64,000 nucleotides of DNA from Eledone cirrhosa (GCA_964016885.1 OZ024760.1:32240001-32304000), one strand, 5' to 3'. Positions 12,544 through 26,942 are shown, counted from the first letter of the stretch. The notes: generated by a model not told the origin, from the sequence alone. Program-made: numbers and translations.

Positions 12544-15500
12544 TTACAGAACTTCTTGGTGCACAATGTTTGTGGTTTTACCGTTTGGAGCAAATGCATA
12601 AAGGTTTCTTTTGCTTCCCACTCTGGAACATCCAACATATAGCTGACCATGCGAAATGCATAGCTCTTCTAGGTTTATTCCTGCGGTGGACAATGTTTGC
12701 CCCTGAGACTTATTTATCGTCATAGCGAAACTACAGCGAACTGGAAACTAGAGCCTCCTAAATGAAAAGGGGATCTCTGATGTTGACGGACAAAAGGGAA
12801 TCCTTGGGATAAAAACATTTTCCCCCCTTTCCACACCCCGAGAGAATCGTCGCCTCGATCAAGTTTTGCGTTAGTTTATTTACTGTAAGGCGGGTGCCGT
12901 TGCAGAGCTTTGGTTGGTGTAGATTCCTCAAAAGCATAATTGGGCATCCTTGCTTAAGTTCCAATCGATGAGATGGCAACCCGGAGGGGTTCAATGAGTT
13001 AAGAAACTCAATTGGGTAGTTAATGGGGTCTGTGACTGTATCGATGGACTTGTATGTACACGAAGCTGTAGGAAAGCAGCTGTCCGTTGATTTCGTTGAT
13101 TTTGTCGACAGTCTCATTTTTCGGAGCCAGTATTGCCCTTTCGCACAGCCAGTTTGGATTTTGGTAGTTAGTGCTCAACTCAGGGAATACTGCATCTGTC
13201 AAGTCGTCAGCACTGTCGACTAAAGTGCAGACTGGTTCGAGGGAGATTTTTTCATCTTCTTCAAGTGGCACTTTGCCGTTCCCAAGTGTCAATAGGTTGG
13301 TAGTAAAATCTGATGACACTTGGTCACCAAGCATCCAAGATCTCATGTTCGTAGAGAGCGTTAATGCTGTGACATAACGCCAAAGCGGAGATGACTTTAA
13401 GCATGCTCGAATAGCATCAGCCCTTGTTCCTTTGGGAATAACAGGGAGGATTTGTCTAAAATCTCCGGATAAAAGGACAGTCACGCCTCCCATGGGATCC
13501 TGGGAGTCTCTTATGTCTCTTAAAGTCCGGTCCAGTGCCTCCAAAGCTCCTTTATGAGCCATGGTACATTCGTCCCAAACTATAAGTTCACACCTTTTAA
13601 GCAGTTCTGCCTTTTCTGATCCTTTGGTAATATTACAGCAGGGTGTGTCATTTACTGTCATATTGAGGGGGAGTTTGAAGGCTGAATGTGCTGTCCTGCC
13701 TCCAGGAAGCAAGGTTGCTACAATACCAGAAGACGCAACAGCAAGTGCTATGTGTCTGTGTTGTCGAACCTTGGCAAGGAGAAGCCGTATGACAAAAGTT
13801 TTCACTGTGCCTCCAGGGGCGTTCAAGAAAAAGATTCCTCCGTACGACGGTGGACACAGTCAGCAATAGTGTTATATGCTCGTTCCTGTTCCTACAGCAG
13901 CATTGGTTCATGTTCAGTGACATATGTAGCCAAGCTGTCAGTGTCGTAGGATAGTTCCTGAAGTATTTCTGCGGAAATGACGTTGGAGCATATTCTGTTG
14001 GTATGCGGCAGGCCATATGTCTGCAGTGCATTGCCACCCATTGCAACAATCATATTTTCAATTTCAATAAGTGCTTTGTTGTAGATTTCATCTGTGAAGC
14101 CTACTTCCATGTCAGGAAGTTGTAATTGTGCTTGATGTCTGAAGTCCTCAGAGAGGTCATCTCTGTACTTGATCCACAAGAAGGAAGGATCGGGCAATTC
14201 GCAAATGTACAGTAAGACAGCAAAAGGCTTCCTAACGCTGTGTGCATTTGTGAAACAACCGCTTCTGCCAAAGTGGCATCCCACTGAGCACCATCTTCCA
14301 GTAGTCCACGCCTGAGGCAGGCCTCTCTGTACGTGTCGTCGCAAATTTGGCCATCAACAGTTCTTAGGTGGTGAAAACTGGTTGGTCCTCTTAGAAGCAT
14401 ACGCAGGTAGTAACATTCTTGGTAGATGGGGGGCACTGTGTAAACTCGCGCCAGGCAGCTGTCAAATCTGGATGACCATCAACGCTTTCACATTTGATTC
14501 TTGGCTTCCATGAACACTTTTCCCATTTGTAGAAAGAGGGAACTTGGGGATACAGGAAAGTGCGAGCGAATGCGTCGCTTTGAAATAGTTGAAAGAATGC
14601 AGTAAGAGTTGTGTTCCTTGGTTGCAGGGCCCTCAGAAAAGCTGTTTGTTTTGTATAGTACACTCTTTGGTCGTTTTCCAGGTGCACAGAAAGGTGTTGA
14701 ACGGCAGGGTATCTTCTGCGCATTGAGAAACGGTAAATTCGCCAAAAGGCCTCGCTGATACTTATATATCGTGCTGATTGGTACTGTGCAACTTCATCCC
14801 GTTTGTTTTCTTCTCTAAGCCCGAACATGGCGGCATCCGGGCCCTTATTTATATACTTGCAGACATATTTGATTGATTTAATAGAGTTGCACCATTCAAT
14901 ATTTATGTGGGAGTTGAACGCCTTGAGTAGTAATGGGCAGTACGGTACAATCCATCAGTTGTCAATTTCATGTTTTCCAACCAGTGCTGTTAATCCTCCG
15001 TCCTCAGGGCTCCTTCGTCTGTATGATGGGTATCCGTCATCAGCAGTTTGAGTTTCGCGAAGGAAGGCTTTTGGGTATTTTTTTGAGCAAATACCGTTGT
15101 TAAAACACGGGGAGTTAGATTTGAAGCCACGTCCACAAGGACCGTGAACCATGTGCGCCGTAACCCTGTCAAATAGGGTTTTGTCAGTTTGCGGGTTTGG
15201 AAGCTCTGCGAATATAATCTTGTCGATGTCGTCTGCTCTGATTTTTGTCGACAACCAAATGAGAATGTGAGCATGAGGGAGTCCTCGCTTCTGCCATTCA
15301 ATTGTGTACATGTAACATTGCACAAGTCCAAATACCTGGCCCTTTGTGATAAGGTCCATTAGTTTGTATACTTTTAGCTCGAAGACTCTGGATGAGAGGT
15401 CATGGTGACCGCTGGGCTGTTGTCCTGGAAGGAGTTCATGTGAAATTTCTTGCCACGAAGGAATGCATGTAAAAGTAATAAATAGGTCTGGTTTGCCGTA

Positions 15501-17296
15501 CTCGCGCACATACGTCATCGCGTCCTGGGTTCTCAAATGCACACAACGGGGACTTCCTTCGAAGGTTGAAGGTAAAATGCAAACTTTTCCAATTTTATCT
15601 GGGTTTTCATTATTGTTCATTCCATCAAGTAGGTGAATGTAATCGTCGCAGTGTAGTTTTGTCTGGTTTAATCTTATGAAGCACAGTCGTTCAGTCTCCA
15701 TTTTCGCGGCCATGTCTACAGCAAATTGGTTAAATAGTTGTTGTGAACGATGAAGGTGGTTAAAGCAGTTGTCGCAGGTCATGAAGTGGTAGGCATAGAA
15801 TTGCATGCAAGACACTGTTTTATTGGTAGGTTGGTCAGGTGCCAGTGGGTTGAACTGCGGAATTGTGGTGTGGTATCCGTTTTCACCACGCGGAAAGGGA
15901 AGTGGATACATCAGTGCATCGTAGAATCTGTGTATCTCACTGATCCGTTGAAGGGTGTTGTCACGACGTTTAAGAACAACGTCTCTTCTGTTGTGTTGAT
16001 CACCATGGAGGACTATAGCAACTTCATTGCATGCAGGTGGATTGTAGCGACCGGCATGCTCTCAGGGTAGTCTTTCTTCAGCATTGAGAACCAAGTTGAA
16101 GTTGTTTAAAGGTGCATTTTCCAGGGCGTATTTGAAGCTAAGCACATAACTGTTGTTTGTATGTAGCATATCTTGAAGTTAAATTAGCAGCTCTGGGTTG
16201 GTTTTGGGTGAAACGGCTTTCCGTCTCTTTGCCTGTTCTCGGTAGTCAGCAATGAAGTAAATTTGAAGGAAGTTATGCTCTACATTTGCCACAGGTAAGA
16301 GTAATCCGATCCTGTGGTAAACCTGCCCCTGCACTTTGAAAGTAGGCATAAATCCACCTTCATTGACAATGTTTGATCCGAAGGAGGTCATTTGGAAGGC
16401 GCAGTTGTACTGACGAATTTCACGAAGAAATTTTCTTGACTCCGACGTCGCGCCTGTCAGTAGGAACTTCAACGGCTGAGGGGGGTCCTGAAGAAGGGGC
16501 AGTTTGACTTTACCATTGGCGCAGTACATTCCTTTAGCTTCCCCTGGCCATTTTTTAGCATTGCAAATCGGGCAAATTGTAGACATAGTGCCAATTTGGA
16601 TATCTGGATGCGCCTCATAACTATCGTTTGGATCATAGTTAAATGCCTTAAGCGACCACCGTGTTCTGCAAGGCTTTGAAAGACCCTGTGCAGAAGCTCT
16701 GCGACGTGCGTTCTCGCCCAGCCGTTGTTGTCGGTGTTCAACGGTTTCTCTAGCGCGTGTAGCGGAAGTTGATGTAGCATCTCTTTGATGTCGCAGCAAA
16801 CGTTGTGTTTCAGTTTCTGCAGCGCGTGTAGCGGAAGTTGATGTAGCATCTCTTTGCTGTCGCAGCAAACGTTGTGTTTCAGTTTCCGCAGCTCGTGTAA
16901 TAGCAGTGGCCTCTGCATTTCTTTTCTGTCGCAGTGAGCGTTGAGCATCGTTTTCTGCATTTCGAGCAGCAGAAGTTGATGCAGCATTTCGTTGCTGTCG
17001 CAGCGAACGTTGTGTTTCGTTTTCTGCAGCTCGTGCAATAGCAGTTGCTTCAGCATTTTTCTTTTGGCGGAATAATCGCTTTCCCTTATTCTCTGAAGCT
17101 CTTGCAATCGAAGTTGAGGCAGCATTTCTGTCAAGTCGTTTTGAACGTTCTTCATTTTCAGTCGCAGCTCTTGCAAGAGCTCTAAGGGAAGCTTCGGGAG
17201 ATCTTCTGGATTGAGTCATTCTTCCAACCGTCTTCTTTTCATTTTTAAAGCTGAAGCTGAAGATCTACCAAGTAGGCGTCTTTTTCGCCGTGGCAT
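12544..17296 (-). pseudogene. Helitron RepHel transposase (STPR repeats + HUH Rep + Pif1 helicase), multiple frameshifts and stops
   Basis: 23-aa repeats (RAAETETQRLLRQQRDATSTSAT), AFQMTSFG, GKPDLFITFTC, EWQKRGLPHAHIL, ARYISISEAFWRI, mutated Walker A APGGTVKT, WDECTM, GDFRQILPV, LCNGTRL, FAMTINKSQGQT, SHGQLYVGCSRV, NIVHQEVL*. Confidence 0.93.
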
Positions 17297-17396
17297 TGTA
17301 TAATATGCGGAAGTAACCTTTTGCTGCAATAGAATTTAAGTATGGTGAGAAGAGGTGACTTTGCCTATCGCTGAAGAAGTAGTCGTTTGAGGAAGA

Positions 17397-19396
17397 TGTA
17401 GCAGTTGCCTCCCTTGTTGTGACTCACAACCCCAATAGATTAACAACATCTAGACGGGAAGTAGAACCCTTTCTGTAACTTCCGGTCAGGTCAGAACCCT
17501 ATAAAACTAATAACTTTAAGTTCTCACTCTCTCATTTGCCCTTCCGGCGCCTGGCCTTCGCCAGGCGTCTTCTGCCAGCCTGCGTTTGCCTGGCAATCAA
17601 AACGGTAACTACTAACTTTGCTTCATTCTTTCGTTTATTCATTGACATGTCAACTATACTGTTAAATTGTTGATTAAATAGTATACACACAAACCATGTC
17701 TCCTTGTTACATTCATACTACACACGAGTTCTCCGCTATATTGGTAACCCCGACGTGATACGAACACGCAGCCGTTCATTGTTATAAGTGGTCACCCCGA
17801 AAAAAGAAAAAAAATAGCAGAATCTGGTGTTGTGTGAGTAACATTACGAATACACAGCAAATTTATTGACAAACTATGAAAATACTCAGTCAAAGAAACG
17901 AACACACCACGCACATGTGAAATTCGCGTTCAGACAGACTTTTTCTCTCACGCATCAACTAACTGTCGCATTTCACGGTATATATATATGTTTCTCGTTT
18001 CCTACAACGAACACTTTCAAAGAAAAAGAAATTTGATATATTTTTTTTTTTAAACATTTCAACAGGAACATTTATTTTCGATGCGCCATTGCCTTTTTTT
18101 TTTTTCCATCGTTTCCTTCATCGTTCAAGTTTTTTTTCAAAGTTCACACCAATAATTATGCTGAGTGAAGCCTTTCTTTTTCATCATTGTCACTTTCACA
18201 CTTGCACTATCATTTTCTCGCGCGTTAGAAATATTATTTTTTCAACCTAACTTAACCTTGTATTGGCACGTGTAGGCAGCACAAATTCTCAACTCACGGA
18301 GATATCTCGACTCACAGAGATAGCCGCACGCCAGAGATAACGTTTCTCGCCAAGGATTCTTCAGCCTTAAGCTATATTCTCCTATTTGCCGGTTTAAAAA
18401 TTTACCACGTAAATTTGCCGTTGAAAACTGCGCATTTATTCAGAATGCTTATTTCTTTGGTCGCTGGCCTCTTGACCCTTCCAGGTCAACGCATTCTCAA
18501 CATCGACCATCAACTTCAGCTGTTATTTCTAGCTTTGCGCAACTCATTTTTTCTGAAATTTTTTTTTTTTACTGTGAATTTAAACACCGAATACGCTCAC
18601 TCCTCGAGACAACAACATCAACAGCAACACAGCTTCACCAACAACCAAAACCAGCAGAACAAGCCAGAGAATTTATTTTTGCAGCACTCTTCCTGTGAGA
18701 AAATCCATTCGGAGGTTGAAAATTTCACGATATACCACAGAACAGAAACCACCTGCATTCATTCTCTGGAACACACTTTCTTTCCTGCTGTCATGTGATT
18801 GCACACCTGTGAACTATATTTTGTACATTTGAACTTTGAGCTCTTCTCTTACTTTATTACATTGTATCTTTGGGTGATGGATAGATAGATGTCCAGTCGT
18901 TCTCTGGCCAAGAGCGGTTGGCTACCTTGACATCTATCATTGATTTTTGCAAACATTCTTTTGTCGTAATTTTCATGCCTGTTACAACATTCTCGCCAAC
19001 TTGCTACATATTTCATTCGATTTTTATATTCTAAAATTCTGGCGGGAGGTTATGTAGCAGTTGCCTCCCTTGTTGTGACTCACAACCCCAATAGATTAAC
19101 AACATCTAGACGGGAAGTAGAACCCTTTCTGTAACTTCCGGTCAGGTCAGAACCCTATAAAACTAACAACTTTAAGTTCTCACTCTCTCATTTGCCCTTC
19201 CGGCGCCTGGCCTTCACCAGGCGTCTTCTGCTAGCCTGCGTTTGCCTGGCAATCAAAACGGTAACTACTAACTTTGCTTCATTCTTTCGTTTATTCATTG
19301 ACATGTCAACTATACTGTTAAATTGTTGATTAAATATTATACACACAAACCATGTCTCCTTGTTACATTCATACTACACACGAGTTCTCCGCTATA
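17397..19396 (+). mobile_element. Non-autonomous LTR retrotransposon (344-bp LTRs at 17397-17740 and 19053-19396)
   Basis: Near-identical direct repeats TGTAGC...GCTATA with TATAAAA and ATTAAA; PBS TGGTAACCCCGACGTGAT (complement of the tRNA-Trp 3' end, one mismatch) right after the 5' LTR; PPT GGCGGGAGG before the 3' LTR; no recognisable gag/pol. Confidence 0.9.
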
Positions 19397-20251
19397 AAGG
19401 ATTATTTATTCTAGTTCGTAAGAAAATAAGTAGTATGCCGTTTATAAATCTACAACTACTGTCACTGAAAAAAAAGGCGTAAGTGAAACGACACACACAC
19501 ATACACTCACGCATACAAACGCTCAAACGCACGCACGTACTCACACATGTTAATAGATTTAACTCTTACTGGAACGCTGCACGAACACACACACGCGCAC
19601 GCATACACACACACGCACACACACACATGTTAATTAGTTTTAGCTTTCCTTCACCTCTTCCACTGTCATGTATCAAAGACAGCGTCTGTCTCTCTCTCTC
19701 TCTCGCTATCCCCCTCTTTTAGTCTGTCTGTTTCTTTCACTCTCACTCTTTCTTTTTCATTTGTGGTTCATTACAAAAGCAATTTTGAAAATCGGCCTTG
19801 CGGATCAAAAGTTGATGCGGAACAGACACACACACAGACAGACATTTTCATTTTTATAGATATAGATAATGAAATAGTATAGTAGAATATTAAGTGTTAA
19901 ATGTTAATTGAACAAGTACTTTCATGTTTTCGCAATCTTCAGGTTTATATTCTGTGGTGACAGTCAAGTTTGCAATTTTCAACTGTAATGAGATGGGTAA
20001 AAAATTGTGCCTTATATACAGTAAAAAAGGGACTACAGAATGTTAAGTTTTGCAGACTGTATTTCGACCAATCGGTGTGTAGTTTCACTGGATTACTAAA
20101 GCTGATTGGTTTAGGCGTCACGGTTGGTTGAGCATGTCTAACGACTTCTATTTGACCCTATCCAAAGCATCAATTGTTTTGCTATTTTTAGAAATGAGGA
20201 AAATAGCATTTTATAAAAAATCTTCATCAACATCACTTTTATTATTATTAT

Positions 20252-20410
20252 TGGCAGTATCGGTAGAGGGTCGGACGCCTTGCTTTGACGCATAGAGTTA
20301 CGGCCCTTGCCATTCTGAGTTCAAATCCCGCCGAGGTTAACTTTGCCTTTCATCCTTACGGGGTCTATAAAATAAAGTACCAGTAAGGTACTGGTATTCG
20401 CTGGCCTTGT
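20252..20410 (+). mobile_element. SINE family 2 (tRNA-related)
   Basis: GAGTTCAAATCCCGCCGAGGTTAACTTTGCCTTTCATCCTTACGGGGTC...AAGTACCAG; near-identical copy at 38175-38345, with decayed copies on minus near 24465-24612, 26495-26600 and 30500-30620. Confidence 0.8.
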
Positions 20411-20819
20411 GTGTATATGTATGTGTGTATATGTATGTGTATGTATATATATATGTATATGTTTGTGTGAATGTGTATATATATGTGTATATATACAATA
20501 TGTGTGTATGCGTATATGTATGTATATATATATATGTGTATGTGTATATATAGGTATGTATATGTATGTGTGTATGTGTATATATGTATATATATATGTG
20601 TGTGTATGTGTATATGTATGTATATATATGTATGTGTGTATGTGTAGTTGAAGTAATTTCAGGCTGCAATGGCGTCAGTGACAGCCACAGATGGCGCCAG
20701 TGATATGGAAAGAGACAGAATTAGAATGAGATTGCAGCGCTACATGTTTTGGCAGCTGCAGCATTCCTGTTGCAACAGCAACAGGTTCCCATCTCGCACC
20801 ACATGGACCTACAACAGCT

Positions 20820-23800
20820 GCAGCACAGCACACACGAGCTCTTCCTGCACAGCACACACACACACACCAGCTCATCTTGCACCGCACACACACCAGCTCT
20901 TCCTACACAGTACACACACACACACACACACACACCAGCTCATCTTGCACCGCACACACACCAGCTCTTCCTACACAGTACACACACACACACACACCAG
21001 CTCATCTTGCACCGCACACACACCAGCTCTTCCTACACAGTACACACACACACACACACCAGCTCATCTTGCACAGCACACACACCAGCTCTTCCTACAC
21101 AGCACACACACACACACCAGCTCATCTTGCACAGCACACACACCAGTTCTTCCTGCACAGCACACACGCACACAGCAGATCATCTTGCACAGCACACACA
21201 CACACCAGCTCATCTTGCACAGCACACACACACACCAGCTCATCTTGCACAGCACACACACACACCAGCTCATCTTGCACAGCACAGACACACACACACC
21301 AGCAATTCCTGCACAGCACACACACAAACACACCAGCTCTTCCTGCACAGCACACACACACACACACATACACACCAGCTCTTCCTGCACACCACACACA
21401 CACACACCACTACACTATACACCACACCACCACCACACCATACTGCACACCACCACACTACACAACAAAACACACTACACATCACTACATACACAACACT
21501 ATACCACACTATACACCACCACACTACACACCATCACACTAAACACCACTATACCACACTAAACACCACCACACTACATTACACACCACCACACTACACA
21601 ACAAAACACACTACACACCACCAAACTACACACCACCATACCACACTATACACCACCACACTACACACCACCACACTACACACCACCACACTACACACCA
21701 CCACACCACACACCACCACACTACACACCACCTAACTACACACCACCATACCACACTATACACCACCACACTACACATCACAACACTACACACCACCACA
21801 CTACACTACACACTACAATACACACCCCAACACCACACTACACACCGCCACACTACACATAACAACACCACACTACACCTCACTACACACCACCACACCA
21901 CACTACACACTACACTACACACCACACTACACACCACACCAACACACTACACAGCACCACACTACACACCACCACACCACACTACACACCACCACACTAC
22001 ACACCACCACACTACACACCACACCACCGCCACACCACACTACACAACACCACACCACAAAACTACACACAACCACTCTACACAACACCACACCACACTA
22101 CACACCACCACACTACACATCACCACACCACACTACACACCACCGCACCACACTACACACCAGCTCACTACTCACCACCACACTACACACCACCACATCA
22201 CACTACACACCACCACACTACACTACACACTCCACCACCACCACACAACACTACACACCACCACACTACACAACACCACACTACACACCACATCACACTA
22301 CATACCACACCACACTACACACCACCACATCACACTACATACCACACCACACTACACACCACCACACTAGACACCACCACATTACACACCACACTACACA
22401 CCACACCACACTACACACCACCACCTCACCACACTACACACCACCACACTACACACCAACACACTACACACCAGCACACCACACACCACCACACTACACA
22501 CCACCACACTACACACCAACACACTACACACCACCACACTACACTACACACCACCACACCACACTACACACAACCGCGCTACACACCACCACACCACACT
22601 ACACACCACAACACCACACTACACACACTACACTACACACCACACTACAAACCAGCACACCACACTACACACCCCTACACTACACACCACCACACTACAC
22701 ACCACCATACTATACTACACAACACCACACCACACTACACACCACCACACTATACACCACACCACCACCACACTACACACCACTACACTATACATCACAC
22801 CACCACCACACCATACTATACACCACCATACTACACAACAAAACACGCTACACATCACCACACAACACTATACCACACTACACACCACTATACCACACTA
22901 TACACCACCACACTAAACACCACCACACTACACAACAAAACACACTACACACCACCACACTACACAACAAAACACACTACACACCACCATACCACACTAT
23001 ACACCACCGCACTACACGCCACCACACTACACACCACACACCACAAAACTACACCACACCACTCTACACAACACCACACCACACTACACACCACCACACT
23101 ACACAACACCACATTGCACACCACCACACCACACTACACTACACACTCCATCACCAACACACCACACAACACACCACCACACTACCACACTACACTACAC
23201 ACTCCATCACCAACACACCACACAACACACCACCACACCACCACACATCACACTACACTACACACCACCACACCACCCCACTACACACCACAACACTACA
23301 CATCACCACACTACACACTACACACCACATACCACCACACTACACTCCACCACACTACACACCACCAAACTACACAGCACCACACTACACACCACACCAC
23401 ACTACACACCACCAAACTACACACGACCACACCAAACTACACACCACCAGACCACACTACACACCACCTGACCACACTACACTACACACTCCACCATCAC
23501 CAGACAAACTACACACCAGAAAACTACACCACACCACACTACACAACAAAACACACTACACACCATCAGACTGCACACCACTATACCACACTATACACAC
23601 CACCATACCACACTATACACCACCACACTACACAACAAAACACACTACTCACCACCCCACAACACTACACACCACCACACCACCACTCTACACAACACCA
23701 CACCACACTACACACCACACCACCACACTACACACCAGCATACTACACCACCAGACCACACTACACATCACCTGACCACACTACTCACCACCACACCACC

Positions 23801-24050
23801 ACACAACACTACACACCACACCAACACACCTCACTTCACACGACTACACACCATCACACCACACTACACTACACCCCACCGCACTACACACACCACACTA
23901 CACTACACACCAGCTAATCACACTACACAGAACACTACAGACCATACTACACACCACAAGACCACACTACACTACACACCACCATATTACAAACCACCAC
24001 ACTACACCACACTACACTACACACCACCACACCACACTACACATCACCAC
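20820..24050. repeat. CA-rich minisatellite (CACACCAGCTCATCTTGCACAG) grading into low-complexity (CACCACACTA)n
   Basis: Directly visible. Confidence 0.95.
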
Positions 24051-24949
24051 AGGTTCCATCATGCATCAGACAGAATCAGCTGTCAATAAAAATCCTGACC
24101 AGCCCGTCAATCCCAATATGACCCTCACCACTTGTAACCTCTCACGTAGGAGTGTCCCTGAATTATCTATACACAGGTGGTCAGTTCAATGCAGGCATGG
24201 GGTGTTGCTGTCAATATTTGACCAGTGTGGTGTATATATATACTAAGGGAGTTCCCAGATCTCTACCTTACCTGAGAGTATGGACCTTACACACCGCTAA
24301 CCCTGCCACTACCACAGTGGTGAGCTGGTTACAACACCTGGGGCTGGGGTGAGGGACACATCACATAATTACATGTCTCATACGCAAGGGGGACTGCAAC
24401 AGTTTTGCTATCACAAGAATCTATTTTTTTAAGAAAAGAGAAAAAAAACTTTTTTTTAAAAAATGTTTCTACTTTTGGCACAAGGCGAGCAATTACCCAT
24501 ACTTTATCTTCTCAACCCCGTAAGGATAAAAGGCAAAATTAACTCAGAATGCAAACGGCCGTAACTCTATGCTGCAAAGCATGGTGTCCGACCCTCTACC
24601 GATACTGCCAATCCAATGCTCCAGCATGACCAGAGCCTAGTGTGATAAAAATAAATAAAAACTAAAAAAACATTGTGTTTATAAAACATAATAAATATTC
24701 TTTATTTAAAATATTTAAATATTTATTTACATGATGATGATGGCACAACAATAACGAAAACATAACAATCTTTTTTTTTCTTTTTAGTTGTTTTTGTTTC
24801 CTGTGGAGCTTCGGGTGACTTTTCTTGTTTCTGTAAGGATGCTAGCCTCAAAATCTCCTTCCCTTCTTAAATTAAATAAGAATTTGGATGGATTTAGTAA
24901 ATGTAGCTAACTTTCTCGTTATTCATCTGGTGCTTGGAACGTAGCTTAA

Positions 24950-25919
24950 CCCTGTAGCATTTACATTACTTTATACACACTATTATATTTTCACAGTAAA
25001 GGCTTTACCTCACATAACATTTACATTACTCTATATATACTATTGTATTTTCACAGTAAAGGCTTTACCTCACATTTACATTACTCTATATATACTATTG
25101 TATTTTCACAGTAAAGGCTTTACCTCACATAACATTTACATTACTCTATATATACTATTGTATTTTCACAGTAAAGGCTTTACCTCACATAACATTTACA
25201 TTACTCTATATATACTATTGTATTTTCACAGTAAAGGCTTTACCTCACATAACATTTACATTACTCTATATATACTATTGTATTTTCACAGTAAAGGCTT
25301 TACCTCACATAACATTTACATTACTCTATATATACTATTGTATTTTCACAGTAAAGGCTTTACCTCACATAACATTTACATTACTCTATATATACTATTG
25401 TATTTTCACAGTAAAGGCTTTACCTCACATAACATTTACATTACTCTATATATACTATTGTATTTTCACAGTAAAGGCTTTACCTCACATAACATTTACA
25501 TTACTCTATATATACTATTGTATTTTCACAGTAAAGGCTTTACCTCACATAACATTTACATTACTCTATATATACTATTGTATTTTCACAGTAAAGGCTT
25601 TACCTCACATAACATTTACATTACTCTATATATACTATTGTATTTTCACAGTAAAGGCTTTACCTCACATAACATTTACATTACTCTATATATACTATTG
25701 TATTTTCACAGTAAAGGCTTTACCTCACATTTACATTACTCTATATATACTATTGTATTTTCACAGTAAAGGCCTCACATAATATCGAATCTACGAGATT
25801 TTGATATTTATTTTGAGAACAAAACCTTAACATCAGTATCAGTAGCCGGTTACAGCTAGTTTGAATAGAAAGAAGTGAGAGAATTTTAGTTGGATATGAC
25901 CGGTTTAAATGCTAAAGGT
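24950..25919. mobile_element. piggyBac-type MITE (TTAA target) containing a 60-bp tandem array
   Basis: TTAA|CCCTGTAGCATTTA ... TAAATGCTAAAGGT|TTAA imperfect terminal inverted repeats; ~13 copies of a 60-bp unit at 24958-25780. Confidence 0.7.
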
Positions 25920-26362
25920 TTAACATAGTTATGATGGATGGAAAAGTTTTTAAATAAATATAAATATGTTAAAATACACAGCTTAGACCCAGGGAGAGTT
26001 TGGTATAAGAAAAAAAAAAAGGGATAAAAATCAAAAACTGTAGGACAGATATCGAAACATTCAGTTATGTAAGTTCAAGGCTGAAACACTAGGTTGAGGT
26101 GGGGTTTCTTCTCTGAAGACCTTCTACTATCCTCAGAGTTTCTTACCACTTCCTCTAACAAGCTACAGTTACAATATTTCCAAAGGATCGCAGCCGTGAT
26201 TGTTCAAACATTTATGACTTCTTACAAACTTCAAATGTTTGTATCTTCTCAGGACAAAACATCTACAGCTTTTGTTTTTCACTCAAAAACAGATCTACGA
26301 GTGTGTGCGGTGTGTCTAGGAATGCATAGTTAAGTAGAAGGAAAGGGAGAGCAGAAATCTTT

Positions 26363-26440
26363 CTAAGAATCCATTGATATATTCATTGTGACAGCATCAA
26401 ACAGTTTCTGAAGACATTGGCAAATATTCTGGGCCTGATT
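26363..26440 (-). CDS. ITGB1BP1: ICAP-1 (integrin beta-1 binding protein 1) exon 5, last coding exon
   Basis: ctgtctacag| NQAQNICQCLQKLFDAVTMNISMDS*; resembles the human C-terminus EQAQAICKVLSTAFDSV. Confidence 0.88.
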   Translation of the reverse strand, partial: NQAQNICQCLQKLFDAVTMNISMDS

Positions 26441-26686
26441 CTGTAGACAGAGAAAAATAAACAATTAAATATTTGAATAATGGTTTGTAATTTAGGAACA
26501 AGGCCAACAATTTGTGGGGCAGGGGAAAAGTAGATTAGATTAGACCCAGTATATTACTGGTACTTTATTTTATCAACTTTGGAAGGACGAAAAGCAAAGG
26601 GATGCTGGATTTTGGCCACTATGACCAGCCTAACAGTAATTCTAGAGAGAGAGAGAGAGAGAGAGAGAGTGACCAGTGTAACTTAC

Positions 26687-26830
26687 CTCAGACACACACT
26701 GGAAGACAAAACAATGGAATACGGTCTTACTGAACTGACCAATCTTGACAGCAACATTGTGGTGTTGGAAGTCATCGTCATACTGAATAATCTGGGCTAT
26801 GGTGTGGAGGGGGTGCCTCTGTAGAACTTC
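26687..26830 (-). CDS. ITGB1BP1: ICAP-1 exon 4
   Basis: cctcttacag| EVLQRHPLHTIAQIIQYDDDFQHHNVAVKIGQFSKTVFHCFVFQCVSE |gtaagt; resembles human DVLHRHALYLIIRMVCYDD...WVYQCNSLE; phase 0 at both ends. Confidence 0.9.
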
Positions 26831-26911
26831 CTGTAAGAGGAGGAGGTATAAGAAGTGACACATGCAAACACAATGACACACTGACCTACACATGCCTCTA
26901 TTTAACTCTTA

Positions 26912-26942
<31 letters not shown>

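Larger units (their letters stand above)
11774..19866 (-). mobile_element. Helitron, autonomous type but decayed
   Basis: 3' CCCGTGCAACGCCGGG...CTAG at 11774; 5' TCTATATCTATAAAAATG at 19866; contains a RepHel pseudogene. The 5' boundary is less certain. Confidence 0.8.

Noticed and set aside
20749-23917. His/Thr-rich ORFs
   Set aside because: Translations of CA-rich tandem repeats
25098-25769. 223-aa ORF of 20-aa repeats
   Set aside because: Consequence of the 60-bp tandem array; no ATG start or splice context
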